Shown here: positions 48,392 to 57,576 of the stretch, piece after piece
Numbering within the stretch: position 1 is the stretch's first letter
Layout: every line of letters starts with the position of its first letter
IMG/VR virus record: IMGVR_UViG_3300032286_000547
Coordinates: 1 to 64,000 of that record
DNA from: a virus
Direction: 5' to 3' (one strand)
Length of the DNA: 64,000 nucleotides
The notes under the pieces: generated by a model
Told to the model about the DNA's origin: nothing
The model's database searches: none
The model's input: only the letters and a program-made list of their open reading frames with translations
Translations under genes and position numbers: made by a program

Positions 48392-50929
48392 ATGAGTATA
48401 ATCTGTGCAGCTAATCCTTGCCCAATATTATTAAGTGCGTCCTGTGTATTTTATGAAGGACCTAACTTAGTATGTATTGGTATAAATACTAATGAAACTA
48501 TTGAATCTGCATTACAAAAGATAAACAATAGACTTTGTTCTGGTGCTGGTGCTGATGGAACTAGTGGTACTTCTGGTACCAGTGGTACGTCAGGCACAAC
48601 AGGTACTAGTGGAACATCTGCCACTTCAGGAACTTCAGGTACCACAGGTACTAGTGGAAGTTCTGGAACCAGTGGCACATCTGCTACTAGTGGTACTACT
48701 GGGACTAGTGGTACATCCGCTACATCTGGAACAAGTGGAAGCTCAGGAGTACAAGGTGATCTTTATAGAACAACATCAACTAATTGTCTTACATTAGGTG
48801 ACTCAGGAACATTTACTGTTGCTACAGGATTGTCATACACTCCTGGACAGTCTATTGTTATTTCATATAATGCATTCAATTATCAAGAATGTATTGTTAT
48901 TACATACAATCACATTACAGGAGAATTAGTTTTCAGTGTTCCTACAGTAGTTGTTGGTTCAGGTAATTATTGTTCATGGGATATAAACTTAGAAGGTGCA
49001 GTAGGAGGAAATGGTTCTAATGGTACATCTGGTACGTCTGGATCTGCAGGAACATCTGGTAGTACAGGTACAAGCGGTACTTCTGGAAGTAGTGGAACTA
49101 CAGGAACCTCTGGAACTAGTGGTACAAGTGGCACCTCTGGTACTACAGGAACTAGTGGAACATCAGGTACTGCTGGTACAACAGGAACATCAGGAACTAG
49201 TGCTACTAGTGGAACAAGTGGATTGAATGGTTCTTCAGGAGCTGCTATAGCTAACTGGTTTGCAAGTTATTCTAATAATGCAAATCAACCTATAATAGCT
49301 GCAAATACACCTACAGTAGTTACATATAATACAACAGAAATAGCAAATGGTATTGTTCTAGACTTTGGTCAACAGATTAGATATGCACATGCTGGTGTAT
49401 ATGAATTTGGATATTCTTTACAAGTAGAAAAAACAGGTGGAATAAGTACAGATTTAGAGATATGGGTTAGAAAGAATGGTAATAACATTGTTAGAACAGA
49501 TTCATATTTAACTATTGCAACTAATGGTGTAATACAATTACCATATGTATCTTTTATATTAGACCTACAAGCTAATGATTATTTAGAGATTGTATTTTCT
49601 TCTTCAAATCCAAATGTTCAATTAACAGCTAAAGCTGCTAAAGTTGCTCCATACAGTGCACCTGCTGCACCTTCTGTTATTGTTGTAACAAAACAAATAG
49701 GTGTAAGTGTAGGAAGTACATCTGGTACAAGTGGAACTACTGGTACAAGTGGAACCACTGGAACATCAGGGACTTCTGGAACTAGTGGTACGTCTGCTAC
49801 TAGTGGAACCACTGGTACTTCTGGTACCTCTGCAACAAGTGGTACTGCTGGAACTTCTGGAACTACAGGTACTGGAGGAACCTCTGGTACATCTGGAACT
49901 TCAGCCACTAGTGGAACTTCAGGAATATCAGGAAGCTCTGGAACATCTGCTACATCAGGAACATCAGGATATTCAGGAGATAAATACGCAACAACTTCTT
50001 CTACATGTTATACAATTCAAGCACCTGGTGGCACAGGTACTATTACTATTGGTACAGCACTATCTTATACATTAGGACAAAGTATAATTATAACTTATTC
50101 AGGCGATGCTTTTAAACATAATGAAGCTATTGTTACAGCATATAACCCAGCCACTGGTGTTTTAAGTTTTGAAGTGACAGGTCAAACTGGTTCAGGATTT
50201 TATTGTTCATGGTTTGTTAACCTTGATGGTGCTACAGGAGGAGATGGATCTCATGGTACATCAGGTACTAGTGGTTCATCATCTACTAGCGGATCTTCAG
50301 GAACTACAGGAACTTCTGGTACATCAGGTACAACTGGTACTTCAGGGACTTCAGCAATTAATGGAACTAATGGAACATCAGGAACATCTGGCTCAAGTGG
50401 TACTTCAGGTACATCTGGAACAACAGGTACAAGTGGTACAAGTGGAAGCAGCGGATCTTCAGGCACCTCTGGCTCTAGTGGGACTACTGGTACTTCTGGT
50501 ACAACTGGTACTAGCGGAACAAGTGGTTCTAGTGGCTCTAGTGGCTCTAGTGGTACGTCTGGAACATCAGGTACAACAGGTACATCAGGTACAAGTGCTG
50601 TAGATGGATCTAGTGGAACTTCAGGATCTAGTGGAGTATCTGGAGCAGGAGGATCAATTAAAAGTATAAACTTAGTTTCTACAAATACTAATGCAGGTTC
50701 TACAGCAAGTACAGATTATTTTTATTTTGGTTCAAACACAATAAACATTACATTACCAACAGCAGTGGGTAATGATAATTATTACACAATAAAGAATGTA
50801 GGAACAGGTGTAATAACAATCAACACTACATCCTCACAAACAATAGATGGAAGTTTAACAGCTCCAATAAAAGTTCAATATTTATCATTAACATTAATTA
50901 GCGATGGTGCTAATTGGAATATTATATAA
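48392..50929 (+). CDS. Collagen-like (Gly-Thr-Ser)n fibre protein
   Basis: Four G-X-Y tracts with X/Y almost only T/S, a duplicated ~85-aa globular domain, a C1q/TNF-like middle domain, and a C-terminal ITLPTAVG...IKNVG...TIDG...SDGANW domain. Confidence 0.8.
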   Translation: MSIICAANPCPILLSASCVFYEGPNLVCIGINTNETIESALQKINNRLCSGAGADGTSGTSGTSGTSGTTGTSGTSATSGTSGTTGTSGSSGTSGTSATSGTTGTSGTSATSGTSGSSGVQGDLYRTTSTNCLTLGDSGTFTVATGLSYTPGQSIVISYNAFNYQECIVITYNHITGELVFSVPTVVVGSGNYCSWDINLEGAVGGNGSNGTSGTSGSAGTSGSTGTSGTSGSSGTTGTSGTSGTSGTSGTTGTSGTSGTAGTTGTSGTSATSGTSGLNGSSGAAIANWFASYSNNANQPIIAANTPTVVTYNTTEIANGIVLDFGQQIRYAHAGVYEFGYSLQVEKTGGISTDLEIWVRKNGNNIVRTDSYLTIATNGVIQLPYVSFILDLQANDYLEIVFSSSNPNVQLTAKAAKVAPYSAPAAPSVIVVTKQIGVSVGSTSGTSGTTGTSGTTGTSGTSGTSGTSATSGTTGTSGTSATSGTAGTSGTTGTGGTSGTSGTSATSGTSGISGSSGTSATSGTSGYSGDKYATTSSTCYTIQAPGGTGTITIGTALSYTLGQSIIITYSGDAFKHNEAIVTAYNPATGVLSFEVTGQTGSGFYCSWFVNLDGATGGDGSHGTSGTSGSSSTSGSSGTTGTSGTSGTTGTSGTSAINGTNGTSGTSGSSGTSGTSGTTGTSGTSGSSGSSGTSGSSGTTGTSGTTGTSGTSGSSGSSGSSGTSGTSGTTGTSGTSAVDGSSGTSGSSGVSGAGGSIKSINLVSTNTNAGSTASTDYFYFGSNTINITLPTAVGNDNYYTIKNVGTGVITINTTSSQTIDGSLTAPIKVQYLSLTLISDGANWNII

Positions 50930-50931
50930 TT

Positions 50932-51282
50932 ATGGCATATACACCAGTATCCCCTTCGTCTTATTTTGATTTAGTATCAGCAGCAAGTACAAATCCAACT
51001 GTTATTAAAGCAAGTGCTGGAACAGTAAATGGTTGGTACATTTATAATTCAAATGGTTCACCAAGAAAAGTTGCTTTTCATAATATAGCTACAACACCAA
51101 CAGCTGGTTCAGGAGTGGTAATAGCTTTAGTGATACCTCCTTTATCAGCAGCTAACGTTTCACTTCCTGATGGTATAACATTTACAACAGGAATTTCAAT
51201 AACAACTGTGACAGGATTAGCTGAATCAGATGCAACAGCTGTTGCGGTAAATGATCTAATAATTAACATATTTTATAAATAA
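50932..51282 (+). CDS. Small beta-rich structural protein (start re-assigned to ATG 50932)
   Basis: MAYTPVSP... begins 2 nt after the upstream stop; IKASAGTV.GW...GITFTTGI. Confidence 0.55.
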   Translation: MAYTPVSPSSYFDLVSAASTNPTVIKASAGTVNGWYIYNSNGSPRKVAFHNIATTPTAGSGVVIALVIPPLSAANVSLPDGITFTTGISITTVTGLAESDATAVAVNDLIINIFYK

Positions 51283-51286
51283 TATC

Positions 51287-51598
51287 ATGGCAAATTTAAA
51301 CCCTACAAACGTAATTACTTATCCATTAAATTGGGAAGCAAAATCTATAGAGATAACAGTTAATGCATTTCCATTATTTCCTCAAACAGTTGAGGTATTT
51401 TGGAAACTAATTGGAGATTCAAATTCATTCAGTGGCTCTACAACAATACCAAACAGTGTTGTATCTCAATGGGGTACAGATGACGCTGTGATACAATCTT
51501 ATGTATTACAACAATTAGGATTGTCAGAAGCATTAGTGCCTACAGTTAATGAACCAGTTATTACAGAAGAACCGACAACAGAAGAACCTATAGTATAA
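51287..51598 (+). CDS. Hypothetical fibre-associated protein
   Basis: 103 aa; WGTDD..I..YVLQQLGL motif and acidic tail. Confidence 0.5.
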   Translation: MANLNPTNVITYPLNWEAKSIEITVNAFPLFPQTVEVFWKLIGDSNSFSGSTTIPNSVVSQWGTDDAVIQSYVLQQLGLSEALVPTVNEPVITEEPTTEEPIV

Positions 51599-51599
51599 T

Positions 51600-53564
51600 A
51601 TGGCACTAAAGTATTGGTATGTAGCAGGTAATGGAAGTTCAAACTTCAATACAGCAGGGGTGTGGTATAATGGACCTGGAGGCACAGGTGGCACTACAAC
51701 TACGCCTACTGCTGCTGATGATGCTATTGTTAATGCTGCTTCAGGTAGTGGTACATTAACTATTACAGCTACTGCAACTATTAATAGTTTAAATACTAAG
51801 ACTTTTACAGGGACATTAGCTGGAACAAACGCACTAAATATAACAACTACAACTTTACCAAGTGATAATTATGTACTTCAATTAGGAGGAAATCATACAT
51901 ATAGTGGTACTATAACTTTTAATACTACACTTGATCTTGGTTCATATACTTTATATATAAATTGTAATGGTATATTCCATAAAGGAAATATGACATTTAA
52001 TTCTACAACAGTAAATGCTGAATGGTATAGTTATGATGATATTAATAGTAATCTTGTACCATTAAGAATGACAGGTGCTTTTGGATTAACAAAAGGATAT
52101 GTTGATTGCAATGAATTATATGCAGCAAGTATTTCTACATCTAATTCAAATTTTAGAGGAATTTATGTAGATGATATTTATTTATCAGGATCAGGAACAT
52201 TATTAGTTGCAACAACTCAAACAGGATTAAGTTGGAATTTAACTAATTCAATTCATCTTACAAATACAACAGCAACTGCTAAAGCAATTTCATTTTCAGG
52301 AGTTGCTTATGCTCCAAATTTATATATAGAAGGTTCAGGAGCAAGTTCTACAACTATAACTGTTGCAGTTGCAACAGATGATTATCCAAATGTAATAGTA
52401 TCAAAAACACAGGGAACATTTCTTTTTGGTACAAGTTATATAAGAGACCTTACATTTATAGAAGGATCTACAGTTACTTGGGCAGGAACATCAAATTTAA
52501 CAGTTCATGGGAATGTTACTTTGTGTAATTCTATGTCTATAACAACAAGTAATGCTTTAATATTTCAAGGACCTAATTTAGGTGTTGATAATCAAACTTT
52601 AACTACTTTTGGAAAAACATTTACAGGAACTTTATCTATTAATGATACAGGTTATAATTCTTTAAATCTTACTATAAATGGAAATTATTTAACTACAGGA
52701 ACTATAACTATAACTGCAGCAAATATAGTAACTTTTAATAATTCTATATCATCAAGTAATTCAATAAGTATAAATGGTTCTTCAACAGGTGCATTTCCAA
52801 CTGTTGATTTTAATGGTGGAATATTAACAGCTACAACTTTGTCTATAACAGATGCATTTGTTTATTTAAATAACAGCTTTTTATCAGGTGGATTATCTTT
52901 ATCTACAGGTTCATTACAGCTTCTTACTAATTCTGTACATAGTTTTTTCACATTTACATCATCTTCATCTACTAATGTTAGGTCAATTTTCTTAGGTAAT
53001 AATACAACTATAAATATAAGAGGAAATGTTGCAAATAGTTGGAATACTTCTCAAGGTTTAGCACAAGGTGTTTTACTTTTTAATGCAGGAACATCAACAA
53101 TAAATATAATAGATAATACATCAAGTGCAGCTGTTAGTTTTCAAACAGGAGGAGTTAGTTTTTATAATATTCATTTAAATAGGTCAAATAATTCAATAAA
53201 TCCTCCTCAAATTACTTTTACAGGAGGTTTGTATTGTGTAAATTTTAGAGACTTTACTGTAATGCCCGCAGGAGTTTTTAATTATATTGTTTTTGGTGGT
53301 GGAACTCCTATAGTTTTTTCTGATACATTTCAAGTTGGTAATGACATTAATCCAACTTATATACTCTCGTCAAGTACAACTCCTGTTACTATAACTAAAC
53401 TTAATCCAGGATTAGTTATATGTCCAAGATTATCACTTTATAATATAAATGCTTCTCAAACAAATACTTTTTATGCAATAAAAGGTTCTACTGATAATGG
53501 TGGGAATAATCAATGGATATTTAACACACCACCAAGAAGATTAAGTTCTCTTGGTGCAGGATAA
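51600..53564 (+). CDS. Beta-helix adhesin / tail spike-like protein
   Basis: YWYVAGNG..F...W...GG....PTAADDAI...SG start followed by T/S/N/G-rich beta-solenoid-like repeats. Confidence 0.6.
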   Translation: MALKYWYVAGNGSSNFNTAGVWYNGPGGTGGTTTTPTAADDAIVNAASGSGTLTITATATINSLNTKTFTGTLAGTNALNITTTTLPSDNYVLQLGGNHTYSGTITFNTTLDLGSYTLYINCNGIFHKGNMTFNSTTVNAEWYSYDDINSNLVPLRMTGAFGLTKGYVDCNELYAASISTSNSNFRGIYVDDIYLSGSGTLLVATTQTGLSWNLTNSIHLTNTTATAKAISFSGVAYAPNLYIEGSGASSTTITVAVATDDYPNVIVSKTQGTFLFGTSYIRDLTFIEGSTVTWAGTSNLTVHGNVTLCNSMSITTSNALIFQGPNLGVDNQTLTTFGKTFTGTLSINDTGYNSLNLTINGNYLTTGTITITAANIVTFNNSISSSNSISINGSSTGAFPTVDFNGGILTATTLSITDAFVYLNNSFLSGGLSLSTGSLQLLTNSVHSFFTFTSSSSTNVRSIFLGNNTTINIRGNVANSWNTSQGLAQGVLLFNAGTSTINIIDNTSSAAVSFQTGGVSFYNIHLNRSNNSINPPQITFTGGLYCVNFRDFTVMPAGVFNYIVFGGGTPIVFSDTFQVGNDINPTYILSSSTTPVTITKLNPGLVICPRLSLYNINASQTNTFYAIKGSTDNGGNNQWIFNTPPRRLSSLGAG

Positions 53565-53568
53565 TAAT

Positions 53569-53600
53569 AAAAAAGAAGCTCCTAACTAAGGAGCTTTTTT
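53569..53600. terminator. Bidirectional rho-independent terminator between convergent genes
   Basis: A-run, AAGCTCCT-AACTA-AGGAGCTT (53576-53596), then T-run; overlaps the 3' end of the minus-strand gene. Confidence 0.85.
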
Positions 53601-56548
53601 ATTTCATCTATCACCATCTCTGGTGTTATGCTCTTCTGACATTCAAACTGTCTCTCTGTTCCTTTATGAACAGGACACCAGTCCCAATCTCCTTTATCAA
53701 ATTTATACTGTGGATCATTCCAACAACCGTGGCATACTCGGTTGTTTGTCACTCTATGGCATTTAAATTCGTGATCTGCATCAGTGAAGTTAGCAATCAT
53801 TATCACTGGCACATCTAGTGCCCATGCTAACCAACTAAGCCCACTAGATAGTCCTATAAAGAATCTACTATTGTATATAACACTCATGGTTGCTGACATA
53901 CTTTTATCAGACAATGGTTGACAGTTATCAAATGGATTATCTTCTAGTGATGTATTGATAACTTTGTATCCTTCTCCATGTAAGTAGTTAATCACTTCTT
54001 GCCATGCTTCTCTGGTCCAGAACTTACATCCTGCTGTACTATTAGTAGCTATAGCAACTTGTCTCATTGCAAGATGCACTCTGCTGTTTACAATCCTTGG
54101 TTTGATTTCTTTATAAGGAAGACCTAGAATGTTTGTAGCTGTCTGCTGTAATGGTATAGTGTTTGGAAGAACAGGTTCTTTGTTTTCATTATAGAACCAA
54201 CCAATCTTATACATTGCATAGATGTTATTCACTGTAGCACCTGGCTCAACAAACTCTAGCATTGGATATTCTTTTTCAAACAAGAAGTTCTTGAATGTAC
54301 TAACAATCACTTCACAGTTGTGTGCACATCTAAACTCTTCTACGTATGGTATCCAAGCTATTGTATCTCCTAAAGAAGAACTATCGAATGCAATATAAAC
54401 TCTTCTACCATCTAGATTTAAAAGTTTATCATACACCTTCTCTCCATCTTTATACACCACAGTCTTCCACTGTGTATAATACTCTCTGTTTAGTCTTATC
54501 CAGTGATTACATTTGATTGTGTCACTATGAACCAACACATCACCATCATAAAACTCTACACGAAAGTCACTAGTAGATGTTCCTGTTATCTCCAAGAATG
54601 GTTGTCCAACGAAGTGTTGTGTTATATTCCAATCATTTACACTGTTTTTGTGTGGAATAACGGACATTGCTTTCTTATATAGATTCAAATTATTCTTAGC
54701 AAAGAATATAGATGGATTATCAAGTGGCATAGGATAATTGTTAGGAGATGTTAACATATCTCTTATCTGTGGTACTATCATAATAGGGTTTAGGTTTCTT
54801 ATATAATCAGTGAACATGTCATAATATTGAATAAGGTTTCTAGCTAGTATAGGTTTGCCATAACTAATGGCTTCTCTAAGAACAAGAGGATTACATTCCC
54901 ATGTAGAGTTAAACATAAACAAGTCTGCAGCTTTCATAAATAAATCTGTATCATTTCTCTCTCCCCATACAGTAACATTATCAGGAACATTGTTCATTAA
55001 TGGTTCCCAATAGTCTTTGAAGTTCCCAGCTTGGTTACCTACAAAGTGAAACTCTACATCTGGTATCTGTCTAGCTGCTTCTAATCCTTCTCCCTGGTTC
55101 TTTCCTCTGGTCCAAAGTCCTATGTTTACAACATGTTTCTTTGTTACATCCATTCCAAGAGTTATTTGTGCAGCAGTTTGTTCAGCTTTACTTACATGAG
55201 TATAATCTATAGGATATTCAATCACTTCTTTATATCCATCAAGGTTAGCAAATGTATCTACATGATAAGGTGTACAGAATGCATATGCATCTGGTGTAAA
55301 CATCTTAGTCTCTGGTACAAAAGAAACATCATGACATGTCTCAACTATTCTATATGTTCTATCATCAGCATACAGTCTAGTGATCATCTCTCTATCCATT
55401 CTCTCAGACATTTCATCTATATGAATGATGTCTGGTCTGAATTCATTTATGATGCAAAATAGTTCTGTTTTATCCTCATATAATGTGAATACAGGTACAA
55501 TATCTAAGATTTGGTTCCTTTGTACAACAAAATCCACACTATAACATTGATATTCCACTACAATTATTTCTACATCTGTATAATCTTTCAATGTTTGTAT
55601 TCTTTTTAGAAGAAACTGAGGCATACCACCTGTTGACAGATGGGGAGCAAGGAACATTATTTTAATAGGTTTAGACATTTTAGACATTAGTTTAGACATT
55701 GCTACAGGATCTTTTTCTCCATGTAAGAAGAATAATTGATCCTCACTAGCTGGTAACTTAAACCATGATTCTAAATAACTTCCCCAGTTATCTTCATTAT
55801 ATATTCTATCAAACTTATCAAGGCTAGCATTAGTGTATATATAAGGAAGACTATCTAAGAACTTATGTTTCCATAACAACACATTCACTATTGTCTCTTC
55901 GTGATAGGGAGCATAGTATTGTGGATCTTTTAGTATCTTTGGATGATTGCACATCCAACTCCACTCATTTAAGAATGGTATAGTGTTCTGACCAGCTACA
56001 AAATAACCAGTTTGTCTATACTTGTCTCTAATAGATTGATCTACATTAAACAATTCACATGCTGGAGCTTCAAGACTCTTGTGTAAGTTCTCTCTTCCAA
56101 TTACAACACCTCTACCATTCATTAATAGATAATCATATATACCTTCTGTGAAATACGGAAACTCAGAATCTGTAGGATAGTAGTTGAATATTCTATCTAC
56201 ATACTTAGTTGCTACACTGTCAGAATCTACATAACAGATTGTCTCAGCAAATCTTTCAAGAGCATCTTTAACTATAAGAGGTCTTTGTATTAATAGATTG
56301 TATATTCTAGAATCATCTCTATCTATATAAGATGATTTTGGTACATCTTCTACATCACATTTCCAGTAGACAGTGTTAGCTCCAGGAACCTCACTATAAT
56401 CATTTAACATGTACACTGTAATTGGTACATCACTAAACTGTTGAATACTTTCTACAGCCATACATACAGTGCTGTAATAAGATGCATTTGCATATAAAAC
56501 ATACATTCTATCTGCTTTTCTATTTGTGTGTGTAAAACTAGAAGACAT
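53582..56548 (-). CDS. Three-domain glycosyltransferase: GT-A (DxD) + GT4-like GT-B + autotransporter O-heptosyltransferase (TibC/AAH)-like domain
   Basis: YVDSDS and HEETIVN; KIMFLAPHLSTGGMP...KNQG...STWECNPLVLREAISYG; SSSLGDTIAW...FIGLSSGLSWLAW...CHGCWND...WCPVHKGTERQFEC. Confidence 0.88.
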   Translation of the reverse strand: MSSSFTHTNRKADRMYVLYANASYYSTVCMAVESIQQFSDVPITVYMLNDYSEVPGANTVYWKCDVEDVPKSSYIDRDDSRIYNLLIQRPLIVKDALERFAETICYVDSDSVATKYVDRIFNYYPTDSEFPYFTEGIYDYLLMNGRGVVIGRENLHKSLEAPACELFNVDQSIRDKYRQTGYFVAGQNTIPFLNEWSWMCNHPKILKDPQYYAPYHEETIVNVLLWKHKFLDSLPYIYTNASLDKFDRIYNEDNWGSYLESWFKLPASEDQLFFLHGEKDPVAMSKLMSKMSKPIKIMFLAPHLSTGGMPQFLLKRIQTLKDYTDVEIIVVEYQCYSVDFVVQRNQILDIVPVFTLYEDKTELFCIINEFRPDIIHIDEMSERMDREMITRLYADDRTYRIVETCHDVSFVPETKMFTPDAYAFCTPYHVDTFANLDGYKEVIEYPIDYTHVSKAEQTAAQITLGMDVTKKHVVNIGLWTRGKNQGEGLEAARQIPDVEFHFVGNQAGNFKDYWEPLMNNVPDNVTVWGERNDTDLFMKAADLFMFNSTWECNPLVLREAISYGKPILARNLIQYYDMFTDYIRNLNPIMIVPQIRDMLTSPNNYPMPLDNPSIFFAKNNLNLYKKAMSVIPHKNSVNDWNITQHFVGQPFLEITGTSTSDFRVEFYDGDVLVHSDTIKCNHWIRLNREYYTQWKTVVYKDGEKVYDKLLNLDGRRVYIAFDSSSLGDTIAWIPYVEEFRCAHNCEVIVSTFKNFLFEKEYPMLEFVEPGATVNNIYAMYKIGWFYNENKEPVLPNTIPLQQTATNILGLPYKEIKPRIVNSRVHLAMRQVAIATNSTAGCKFWTREAWQEVINYLHGEGYKVINTSLEDNPFDNCQPLSDKSMSATMSVIYNSRFFIGLSSGLSWLAWALDVPVIMIANFTDADHEFKCHRVTNNRVCHGCWNDPQYKFDKGDWDWCPVHKGTERQFECQKSITPEMVIDEIKKLLS

Positions 56549-56567
56549 AGTGTTGATTTTTAAGAAT

Positions 56568-56575
56568 CAAAGGTA
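56568..56575 (-). promoter_or_regulatory. -7 element (TACCTTTG) for the minus-strand glycosyltransferase
   Basis: Plus-strand CAAAGGTA reads TAnnTTTG on the minus strand, 19 nt upstream of the start codon; no clear -33 box. Confidence 0.55.
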
Positions 56576-56596
56576 TGAAAAATATATTTATCTTAT

Positions 56597-56659
56597 GCTA
56601 TATTATGCTGAAAATATATTTTTACCTATTTATTATTCCAAATATAAATTTTATATTTG
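56597..56659 (+). promoter_or_regulatory. GCTATATTAT box plus -7 element TATATTTG for the lysis operon
   Basis: GCTATATTAT 56597-56606; TATATTTG 56652-56659. Confidence 0.6.
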
Positions 56660-56730
56660 CTTGATATAATGGTATAATCATTGCATCGTTGCATCTATGC
56701 ATTCGTGTGCTATACTAATCCTTAATCCTT

Positions 56731-57048
56731 ATGGAAAACGCATTTGAATCACAAGTTGAAAAAGAATTGAAAAGCATGGATCAAAGACTTTACGATCTAG
56801 AGGAGAAAATGACTTCTATAGATAGCAAATTAACACAAGTAGTGGATGCAATATTAGGAAATGCTCTTACTAAAACAGGAGGATTTGTTGCAGACATAAC
56901 TGAGCTTAAAGAAAGAATCAAAGATTTAGAACACAAACTTGAAAAGCAAGAAGAGTTCAAGAAACGATTTACCTGGACTGTAGGTATAATCATAGGAATA
57001 GGTGTCTTATTACAATACGCATCTACACTATATAGAAACATTAGATAA
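56731..57048 (+). CDS. Coiled-coil membrane protein (holin/antiholin-like)
   Basis: Two coiled coils and one C-terminal TM helix; first gene of the lysis cassette. Confidence 0.5.
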   Translation: MENAFESQVEKELKSMDQRLYDLEEKMTSIDSKLTQVVDAILGNALTKTGGFVADITELKERIKDLEHKLEKQEEFKKRFTWTVGIIIGIGVLLQYASTLYRNIR

Positions 57049-57049
57049 A

Positions 57050-57253
57050 ATGAGTAGAGGAGAAAAAATAGATATTTTTTTAAACAAATGGGTGAGCAGA
57101 AAACTCACTGTATTTGTTGTAGCATCTTTTGGCCTTTTTTCTGGAAATCTAACTTCAGATAATTGGGTAATTTTAGCAACTGCTTATATATCTATAGAAG
57201 GTGCTACGAACATAGTTGAGCGTTTAATGAAAGCTAAAGGAACTACAGTATGA
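57050..57253 (+). CDS. Putative holin, two TM helices (start re-assigned to ATG 57050)
   Basis: MSRGEKID...SRKLTVFVVASFGLF...WVILATAYISIEG, basic C-terminus. Confidence 0.65.
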   Translation: MSRGEKIDIFLNKWVSRKLTVFVVASFGLFSGNLTSDNWVILATAYISIEGATNIVERLMKAKGTTV

Positions 57254-57576
57254 TCTTAGCAAAGTTTCTTGATAGTCTTGAAAAACAATGGCTTGCTGTA
57301 GTGGTAGCTGCATTGTGGCTATTCAGCTACACTGCTAACCAAGAGAAGAATAATGCTTTGCTTGAACAAACTAAGAATCTAGAGATACAGATTTTAGAAC
57401 TTGAAAAGAAAGATGATGCATCTGCTAAGGTGATCGATAGCTTGTCTAAAATAGATACAGTGATTGTAAACAGAATCAAAACCATTAAACAAAAAGAATA
57501 TGTACAGATTAAAGTTATTGATAGTCTTCCTATTAGTGGGCTTCAACAGTATTTCACAGACAATTACAAAAGATAG
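57250..57576 (+). CDS. Putative inner-membrane spanin
   Basis: N-terminal TM helix (WLAVVVAALWLFSY) plus coiled coil; its 3' end overlaps the next gene. Confidence 0.55.
   Translation: MILAKFLDSLEKQWLAVVVAALWLFSYTANQEKNNALLEQTKNLEIQILELEKKDDASAKVIDSLSKIDTVIVNRIKTIKQKEYVQIKVIDSLPISGLQQYFTDNYKR

Noticed and set aside
4554-50603. Plus-strand alternative-frame L/Q/V-rich ORFs (4554, 6143, 48543, 49011, 49731, 50214)
   Set aside because: Frame-shifted readings of the same low-complexity repeats; no slippery site or start context recognised.
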